Below, one piece after another: positions 57,570 to 64,000 of a DNA stretch of 64,000 nucleotides. The DNA comes from Jatrophihabitans sp. (GTDB taxonomy: Bacteria > Actinomycetota > Actinomycetes > Mycobacteriales > Jatrophihabitantaceae). The notes below the pieces were generated by a model that ran no database searches, was not told the origin of the DNA, and was given only the letters and a program-made list of their open reading frames with translations. How positions within the stretch are numbered: the first letter of the stretch is position 1; each line of letters opens with the position of its first letter. Location of the stretch: positions 1,942 to 65,941 of the forward strand of contig JBPCPA010000282.1 in assembly GCA_050999655.1 (NCBI GenBank), in the 5' to 3' direction. A program made the translations under genes and the position numbers.

Positions 57570-59709
57570 CCGCTATATCTGGCAGCAGTTGCACTGGCCC
57601 CGTCCGCTGGAGGCGGCGGGGCCAGTGTCGGCTGTGCGCGCCTGGGCCGCTGACCAGCGGTCACCGGAGATTGTGCTGGAGGCGCGGGCTCAGGGTGGCC
57701 AGATCCATTACCTGTTGGGCTGCGCCCCGACGGCGATGTTCAGTATCCACCAGCGGCTGACCACGGCGGTGCCGCAAGCCCGACTCACCAAATTCGGCCA
57801 GCCACGAGCGGCCGTCGCCGTGGCCGGGATGGTCAAGCTCTCCACCCGCCACCGAGCGCTGCGCAGTGACACCTTCGACGTGGCAGTGCGCCAGATCCTC
57901 GGCGCGCTCAGCACCGTCAATAGCGATGAACTGCTGGTACTGCAACTGATTCTCGGTCCGCGCCGCATCCCGCTGGCGGTGCCGAATCAGTCGCCGTCCA
58001 CAGTGGCCATGCCCTGGTACCAGGCCGCCTGGATCGGCAACGGCGGAACTGTCGACGGGGAGAAACGCGCCGCGCTTCGGGACAAGGTCAGTGACCACGG
58101 CTTCGCCGCCACTATCCGCATCGGCGTGTCAGCTGCCACCAAGGTCCGGCGACGGAGTCTGCTGCTGGGCCTGTTTGCTGCGCTGCGGGTGACCGAGGCC
58201 CCCGGCTTGAAAGCCCGGCTGGGCCATGAGCCGGCCACCCACCTGAACCTTGCAGCCATCCCGTGGCGCTGGCCGCTGCGCCTGAACGTGGCCGAAGCTG
58301 TGGCTTGGACTGGCTGGCCGATCGGTGACGACGAACTACCGGGTCAACCGCCGCTGCATCCCAAGCAGGTCGCCCCGATGGCCTTGGCTGTCAAGGGGGA
58401 TAGGGTGGTTGGTGAGGCATTGGCTCCTGGCGTGACCGGGCAGCTGGGTTACTCGGTAACGGATTCGCTGCGGCATACCTGGGTGCTCGGGCCGACCGGC
58501 ACCGGCAAGTCCACGCTGTTATTGAACCTGATCCACCAAGATTTGCTGGCTAATCGGCCGGTGGTGGTGATCGAGCCGAACGACCTGATCACCGACCTGC
58601 TGGCCCGCATCCCCGAGTCCCGCAGGGATGATGTGGTGCTGCTGGACTGCCTCGACCCGGCCCCGGTCGGCATCAACCCACTGGCGCGACATGGCCGCAG
58701 TCCGGAGCTGGTGGCCGACTCACTGCTGGGGATGTTCCAGTCCCTCTACGGCGAAGGCATCGGGCCGCGTTCCACCGACATTCTGGCCAACTGCCTGAAC
58801 GTCCTGGCCCGGCGTGATGATGCCTCCCTGGTCATGTTGCCGCTGCTGCTCACCAACAACGGCTTTCGTCGTTCCGTGACTCAACAGGTCAGCCGCGACG
58901 ACCCGATCGCCGCCGGCCCGTTCTGGGCCTGGTTCAACCAGCTGTCCGACGATGCCCGCTCCCAGGTCATCGCACCGCTGCAGAACAAGCTCCGACCCCT
59001 GCTGCGGCCGACGCTGCGCAACGTCCTGGCCCAACGCTCGCCACGGTTCAACATCCGCCAAGTCCTGACCGAGAACAAGGTGCTACTGGTGCCACTGCAG
59101 AAAGGAGTCATCGGGCCGGACACTGCCGAACTGCTCGGTGCGTTGGTGATTGCCGAGCTGTGGCTGGCTATCCGCGAACGCCGCGCTATCTCTGAAAACC
59201 AGCGGACTCCGGTCAGGGTCTACATCGACGAAGCCCAGGACTACCTGCGACTACCCACCGATCTGTCCGATGCTCTCGCGACCTCCCGCTCGCTGAAGGT
59301 CGGCTGGCACCTGGCTCACCAGTACCGCGACCAGCTCAGCCCGAGCATGCGGGCGGCGTTCGAGGCCAACGCCCGCTCCCGGATCTGCTTTCAACTTGGT
59401 AGCGGCGATGCCCGGGCCATGGCCGCCGGGCAAAGCGTGATCGCTCCGGAGGACTTCACGGCACTCCCGGCCTACCAGATCTACGCCAGCCTGCTACAGC
59501 GCGGGAGCGTCCAACCGTGGGCCTCGGCCACCACCCAGCCAGCACCCGAGAAATGCAGCCAACCCAGCGACATCCGGGCTCGCAGCCGCCGCCAGTACGG
59601 CCAACCCCTCGCCGACATCACGGCCGACTTCGCGGCCCTCATCGACACCCCAACTACCGATCCGACCACTAACGCGGCCCCCGGCCGTCGTCGCAGGAGC
59701 ACGCCATGA
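57562..59709 (+). CDS. VirD4/TraD-like coupling ATPase (type IV secretory conjugative DNA transfer family)
   Basis: HTWVLGPTGTGKST (Walker A), YIDEAQDY (Walker B) and WHLAHQYRDQL. Confidence 0.88.
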   Translation: MTSRYIWQQLHWPRPLEAAGPVSAVRAWAADQRSPEIVLEARAQGGQIHYLLGCAPTAMFSIHQRLTTAVPQARLTKFGQPRAAVAVAGMVKLSTRHRALRSDTFDVAVRQILGALSTVNSDELLVLQLILGPRRIPLAVPNQSPSTVAMPWYQAAWIGNGGTVDGEKRAALRDKVSDHGFAATIRIGVSAATKVRRRSLLLGLFAALRVTEAPGLKARLGHEPATHLNLAAIPWRWPLRLNVAEAVAWTGWPIGDDELPGQPPLHPKQVAPMALAVKGDRVVGEALAPGVTGQLGYSVTDSLRHTWVLGPTGTGKSTLLLNLIHQDLLANRPVVVIEPNDLITDLLARIPESRRDDVVLLDCLDPAPVGINPLARHGRSPELVADSLLGMFQSLYGEGIGPRSTDILANCLNVLARRDDASLVMLPLLLTNNGFRRSVTQQVSRDDPIAAGPFWAWFNQLSDDARSQVIAPLQNKLRPLLRPTLRNVLAQRSPRFNIRQVLTENKVLLVPLQKGVIGPDTAELLGALVIAELWLAIRERRAISENQRTPVRVYIDEAQDYLRLPTDLSDALATSRSLKVGWHLAHQYRDQLSPSMRAAFEANARSRICFQLGSGDARAMAAGQSVIAPEDFTALPAYQIYASLLQRGSVQPWASATTQPAPEKCSQPSDIRARSRRQYGQPLADITADFAALIDTPTTDPTTNAAPGRRRRSTP

Positions 59710-60803
59710 CCGAAGCTCACTCTGACCCACACCAGCAAGCCAGGCGGCAAGCAGACCCTGACCGCAGCCGGACCAACCATCCTCATATCCAGCCAGACAG
59801 TTGGCTCAACCCGACCGATCCCAGCCGCTCCGATCGCTGCTCCAGTCGTGTCGACTCACCGACCCCTGTAACCCCCGAATCATCGGCCATCCGGTCGCAA
59901 TTCGCGCCCGAATGTCTCACGCGCAGCGGGAGACATCTACTCGCCGAGGGCCGCCCGCAGCAGGCAGCGAACAAATCAGCCACGAAGCATCGTGGTCCAG
60001 GCCGCAACAGCCAACGCCGCCAGGCCGAACTACTCCAACCCAAACTCACTACCCGCGACCACGCAGTCCTTACCAGCCTGCAAGACCACCACTACCTGAC
60101 TACAACTCAACTACAACGACTTCATTTTGACGATCACCAAACCACGTCGGCGGCCGGTCGAATCTGCCGCCGGGCGCTGACCCGGCTGGCGGAGCTGGGC
60201 GTCATCGAGCACCTAGAACGGCGGGTCGGCGGTGTCCGGGCCGGCTCCGCCTCCTACGTCTGGCGACTGGGCCGGATCGGGGAAGCGTCGCTGCGACTCA
60301 ACCAACCGCAGCGGCCACGCGGCCGCCATAAAGAACCATCGCTGCACCACTTAGAGCACTGCCTGGCGATCGCAGACAGCCACCTCGCTCTGCTGGACCT
60401 GATGCGGCGGAACCTTGTCGAGTCGGCAACTGTCGTCACCGAACCGACTTGCTGGCGGCGCTACCTGACGCCGAGCGGGGCGATGGCCACCCTGAAGCCG
60501 GACCTGTACGCCATGACGACCAGCGGTGAGTTCGAGGACCACTGGTTCATCGAGGTCGACCGGGGCACCGAGAGTTTGCCGACGCTGCTTACTAAGTGTG
60601 CCCAGTACGAGGACTACCGCCGGACCGGCGACGCCCAACACGACAACGGCGTCTTCCCATTGGTGCTGTGGCTGATGCCCTCCGTACAGCACGCCGAATG
60701 GCTCGGACAGGCCATCGCCAGGGTCAAGAACCTGGACAGCGGCCTGTACCGGATCGGCACCCTGGCCGAACTTGAGCGGATCCTCAGTGAGGTTCAACCA
60801 TGA
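59706..60803 (+). CDS. replication-relaxation (Replic_Relax) family protein
   Basis: wHTH (LTTRDHAVL...LTTTQL...LTRL..LG), H.LAIAD, LKPD and WFIEVDRGTESL...K...Y. Confidence 0.88.
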   Translation: MTEAHSDPHQQARRQADPDRSRTNHPHIQPDSWLNPTDPSRSDRCSSRVDSPTPVTPESSAIRSQFAPECLTRSGRHLLAEGRPQQAANKSATKHRGPGRNSQRRQAELLQPKLTTRDHAVLTSLQDHHYLTTTQLQRLHFDDHQTTSAAGRICRRALTRLAELGVIEHLERRVGGVRAGSASYVWRLGRIGEASLRLNQPQRPRGRHKEPSLHHLEHCLAIADSHLALLDLMRRNLVESATVVTEPTCWRRYLTPSGAMATLKPDLYAMTTSGEFEDHWFIEVDRGTESLPTLLTKCAQYEDYRRTGDAQHDNGVFPLVLWLMPSVQHAEWLGQAIARVKNLDSGLYRIGTLAELERILSEVQP

Positions 60804-61822
60804 CCGCGCTCGATCCAATGATCCGGAACCGAATCGTAGTCGGTGACGCGCTCGAGCAGCTGCGCCAGCTGCCAGACGCTTCCGTCGACATGGTGCTGAC
60901 CAGCCCGCCGTACTTCCGGCTGCGCGACTACGACGTCGCCGGCCAACTCGGCCTGGAATCGCACGTCGAGGAATGGGTCAACAACCTGTTCCTTATCGCG
61001 GCCGAACTACGGCGGGTGCTGCTGCCGACCGGCACCCTGTGGCTGAACCTCGGCGATAGCTACTCCATCCACGCCGATCAAGGCTCGGCCAAGAAGGGCC
61101 TGCTGCTCGGACCAGAACGCCTGACGCTGGCCCTGATCCAAGACGGCTGGCTACTGCGCAACAAGATCGTCTGGCAGAAGGCCAACCCGATGCCGAGCCC
61201 GGTACGTGACCGACTAGCGGCGACTTGGGAGGCGGTCTACGTCTTCACTCGCAACCCGCGCTACTTCTTCGACCTCGACAGCGTCCGCATACCGCACACC
61301 AGCTCGCACAAACCGATCAGACAACGGACTCGTACAGCTCAGCCCTGGCGCAGCAGTAACAGCAACGACACCGACGGTCTGGCACGGCTCAAAGCTCGGG
61401 GACTCGCAGGGCACCCGCTCGGTAAGAACCCCGGCGATGTCTGGCGATTGGCTTCCAGTGGCTACCGCAGTGCCCACCACGCGACTTTCCCAACGTCCTT
61501 GGCCAGCCGGGCACTTCAAGCCGGTGCGCCGGAAGCTCGCTGCAGCCGCTGCCGATCCCCGTGGCAACGCAGCGTGCTCCGCGCGGCCGATGGCAGTGCC
61601 AGCAGGACGGCCCTCGGCCCGACCTGTGGCTGCGACGCTGACCGCGAACCAGCCCTCGTCCTCGACCCATTCTTCGGCGCCGGCACAACCGCGGTGGCCG
61701 CCGAACAGCTCGGCCGCGACTGGCTCGGTATCGAACTGAATCCGGAGTTCGCGCGCCAAGCCGAACAGCGCATCTTGGCCAGCCGTCCTCCCCGTGCCGG
61801 TCCGAAGAATACGGCGGCCTGA
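60800..61822 (+). CDS. beta-class N4-C/N6-A DNA methyltransferase
   Basis: TSPPY precedes HHATFP and DPFFGAGTT. Carries a CxxC...CxC insertion. Confidence 0.92.
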   Translation: MTALDPMIRNRIVVGDALEQLRQLPDASVDMVLTSPPYFRLRDYDVAGQLGLESHVEEWVNNLFLIAAELRRVLLPTGTLWLNLGDSYSIHADQGSAKKGLLLGPERLTLALIQDGWLLRNKIVWQKANPMPSPVRDRLAATWEAVYVFTRNPRYFFDLDSVRIPHTSSHKPIRQRTRTAQPWRSSNSNDTDGLARLKARGLAGHPLGKNPGDVWRLASSGYRSAHHATFPTSLASRALQAGAPEARCSRCRSPWQRSVLRAADGSASRTALGPTCGCDADREPALVLDPFFGAGTTAVAAEQLGRDWLGIELNPEFARQAEQRILASRPPRAGPKNTAA

Positions 61823-61914
61823 CGGCTGCCTCATCGCTGTCATGCGGTTGAGCACCACAAGAGGTTTGCAACCAAAGCAAATCCGCTCGCCCGCACCGCA
61901 TCGAGGAGGTAACA

Positions 61915-62277
61915 ATGTCTGTACCGGACAACGGCGCTGGCAACGGCAAGAACGGCGTCAAAACCCTGGCCTTCCGGTTCAAGCCGGAACTGCACGCTCA
62001 GATCAGCTTGGTCGCTGGGCTGCGCGTCCATACCTTGCAAGACGAGGTGATGGCCGCCATCGAAGCCCATGTAGCGGCAGCCAAGGCTGACCCGGAATTG
62101 CTGGGCCGCGTCGAAGCCGCCCGGGCCGAGATCGAACAGGAGGCCGCCGAACGGCAAGCCACCATCGCCACCCTGTTCGACCCGCCAGCACCGGAACCAG
62201 AAACGGCAGCAGCTGAAGGACCGGCAACGGCCAAGCCCACCAAGGCGACCGGCCGGGGCACAGCTTCACGGCAGTAA
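61915..62277 (+). CDS. hypothetical DNA-binding protein
   Basis: GAGGAGG SD. KTLAFRFKPELHAQISLVA (RHH-like strand-helix) followed by a coiled coil. Confidence 0.7.
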   Translation: MSVPDNGAGNGKNGVKTLAFRFKPELHAQISLVAGLRVHTLQDEVMAAIEAHVAAAKADPELLGRVEAARAEIEQEAAERQATIATLFDPPAPEPETAAAEGPATAKPTKATGRGTASRQ

Positions 62278-62300
62278 CTCTGCACCACCCCATGCACCAC

Positions 62301-62361
62301 CTGGCGGCAGGCCGGACGGTTCGAGACAGCACTTCTCGTCTCACCGTCCGCCTGCCGCCAG
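62301..62361. repeat. long inverted repeat upstream of ardA
   Basis: CTGGCGGCAGG/CCTGCCGCCAG + CGGACGGT/ACCGTCCG + GAGAC/GTCTC; 24 paired bases with two small bulges. Confidence 0.8.
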
Positions 62362-62391
62362 TAACACCCTGAACCTGAAAGGAGGTCACCC

Positions 62392-63051
62392 ATGAACCAA
62401 CACGAACAACCAACCGATCCCGAGCCACCAGCTACCGAAAGCGAAGCAGCACCGCCAACCGCTGAGATAGCAGATCAGCAAGCAATACAACAAGAAACGA
62501 CGCCAGCTCCGACACCGCGGATCTGGGTGACCTCAGAACTCGACGCTGCCAACGGCATCACCCACGGCCGCTGGATCGACGCCAACCAACCCGTCGAACA
62601 GCTCCGCAGCGACATCGACGAACTGCTGGCCACCTCGCCGTATCAGGCCGTGACCCGCACACCGGCCACCAGCTGGACCGTCGCAGACAGCCGCGACTTC
62701 GGCGACTGCTCGATCCGCGAACACGCAGACTTGCAGTGGATCACCTTGGTAGCACAAGGCATTGTCGAACACGGCTTGGCCTTTGCCGCCTGGGCGGACG
62801 TCATGGAGGAGGAAGAACACCTGGCCGGCTTCGATACGGCTTACCTGGGTCACTACGACAGCCTGCATGCCTACATCGAGCAGCTGATCAATGACCTCGG
62901 CTACGACCAACTCCTAGACAATGCCGTCCCGGCCAGCATCCGGCCCTACGTCAAGATCGACATCACCGCGACCGCCAACGACTTGCTGCTGGGTGGGGAC
63001 CTGCACGCTTTACCAGCGCCCGGGGGCGGAGTCTGGATATTCCGTGGATAA
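62392..63051 (+). CDS. ardA: antirestriction protein ArdA
   Basis: PRIWV......NGITHGRWID, W.V.D...F, GLAFAAW, F...YLG.YDS..AY and YVKID....A.DL...G motifs; acidic. Confidence 0.85.
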   Translation: MNQHEQPTDPEPPATESEAAPPTAEIADQQAIQQETTPAPTPRIWVTSELDAANGITHGRWIDANQPVEQLRSDIDELLATSPYQAVTRTPATSWTVADSRDFGDCSIREHADLQWITLVAQGIVEHGLAFAAWADVMEEEEHLAGFDTAYLGHYDSLHAYIEQLINDLGYDQLLDNAVPASIRPYVKIDITATANDLLLGGDLHALPAPGGGVWIFRG

Positions 63052-63228
63052 CGCCTGGCTGCTTGATGCAGCAATGAAGAAAATAGTCCCAGCCCGAGTA
63101 ATTCAGAGATGCCAAGCGCATTCTTTGGCGCGTCTGAGAATTGGTCGACAACTTAGGCTCGCCTTTTCGGTTTTCGGCTTATACCTTTCCTGGCCTTCAC
63201 CCGTCTCCATTTCGTGGAAAGGCCCACC

Positions 63229-63603
63229 ATGTGCCAGTCAGACCAAGCCGTCAGCCCCGACCAGACGATCGCCGGACCACCACCAGACACCATCGCCGAC
63301 CAGATCCGCGACGCCGCCTACCAGGCCTGGTCCCGGAGCCGCGAAGCCTGGCAAGACAGCTCACAAGGCTTATTCGATAGAGCATATCTCGGTCACTACG
63401 CCGCCGTCGCGGCCTACACCGAACAGCTCGTCGACGACTACCAACTGGATGCCAAGCTCGACGCCGCGATCGCCGAACCGTTCCGGCCGTTCGTGGACAT
63501 CGACGTTGTCGCACTGTCACGCTCGCTGGTCCGCAACGGCAGCCTCTACGCACTCATGGCCGCACCGATCGGGGTCTGGGTATTCAACGGCGATATTGAA
63601 TAG
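63229..63603 (+). CDS. second, shorter ArdA-like protein (C-terminal domain only)
   Basis: FDRAYLGHY...AY.EQLVDD...PFVDID...L.R.L...G......GVWVF parallels the C-terminal half of the upstream ArdA. Confidence 0.75.
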   Translation: MCQSDQAVSPDQTIAGPPPDTIADQIRDAAYQAWSRSREAWQDSSQGLFDRAYLGHYAAVAAYTEQLVDDYQLDAKLDAAIAEPFRPFVDIDVVALSRSLVRNGSLYALMAAPIGVWVFNGDIE

Positions 63604-63764
63604 GAAAGGCTGTCCTTTCTTATTTACGGACTCGCTTCGGGCGCAAATTGGGAATATAATCATTAATGGAATGAGGAGTTATTCGTTAATAAATAATGCG
63701 TGGCTACAAAAGTTATTCGACAACCAGCGAGCGCGCTTTGCTCAGCACTCGGAGGTAGTACGGC

Positions 63765-64000
63765 ATGGCTAGCACCACTCAACTTTCGACAGCAACCACC
63801 ACCAGCGTCGGCGAGCTCGCGCACGCGCTGGTCTACCTGCGGGTCTCTACGAAGCGGCAGATGGACACCGCCATCGACATCGACACTGACGGTAACTCCA
63901 TCTCAACCCAGCGAGACTTCACCGCACGCCGAGCTGTCTCCGTGAATACGCAGATCGATCAAGTGTTCATCGAGCCAGGTAACTCCGCCCAGAGCATCGA
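63765..64000 (+). CDS. large serine recombinase/integrase (N-terminus only; runs off the window)
   Basis: Manual translation: MASTTQLS...ALVYLRVSTKRQMDTAIDIDTDGNSISTQR...VFIEPGNSAQSI (YxRVS catalytic Ser motif). GGAGG SD. Confidence 0.88.
   Translation, partial: MASTTQLSTATTTSVGELAHALVYLRVSTKRQMDTAIDIDTDGNSISTQRDFTARRAVSVNTQIDQVFIEPGNSAQSI

Larger units (their letters stand above)
34100..64000. mobile_element. mosaic genomic island / integrative mobilisable element with VirD4, Replic_Relax and serine recombinase
   Basis: Loss of core genes, visibly AT-richer codon usage and intergenic regions, truncated genes, phage-like regulators and a mobility module. The left boundary is approximate; no att site was identified. 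Confidence 0.7.

Noticed and set aside
62921-63945. ORFs 62921..63772 and 63700..63945
   Set aside because: They are alternative frames over ArdA, the intergenic DNA and the serine recombinase that starts at 63765.

Overview
High-GC actinomycete chromosomal DNA. The gene content is that of the metG-tatD-rpfB-rsmA and tRNA-Gln-glmU-prs-rplY-pth region; the exact taxon cannot be determined from the sequence. Bases 1 to ~34,050 are mostly core genome: pth, rplY, ispE, an ABC-F ATPase, kynA/kynU, a desaturase, tRNA-Gln, glmU, prs, rsmA, two RpfB-like paralogs, tatD, metG, rsmI, a protein O-mannosyltransferase and an LCP protein. This part also holds a Pls-type homopolyamide synthetase with an M1 peptidase, and a WXG-like RNase toxin/immunity pair next to tRNA-Gln. 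The ispE...prs block appears inverted relative to the usual order. From ~34,100 to the end is a mosaic accessory island. It contains a probable AhpD-like selenoprotein (in-frame TGA in a CxxU motif followed by a SECIS-like hairpin), a phage-like Cro/repressor remnant and a truncated metal/arsenic cassette. It ends in a VirD4 + Replic_Relax + MTase + 2x ArdA + large serine recombinase module that runs off the window. The best candidate for an undescribed system is at 44,246-50,360. A tightly coupled operon encodes an acyl-carrier-like protein, a divergent thymidylate-synthase homolog, an AcpS-type PPTase, an XRE regulator, an IrrE/ImmA metallopeptidase fused to a chagasin-like inhibitor domain, a papain-like cysteine protease and a MazG protein with a C-terminal extension. 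It converges on a 5-hmdU DNA-kinase helical-domain gene. All family assignments come from motif recognition by eye; no database search was run.
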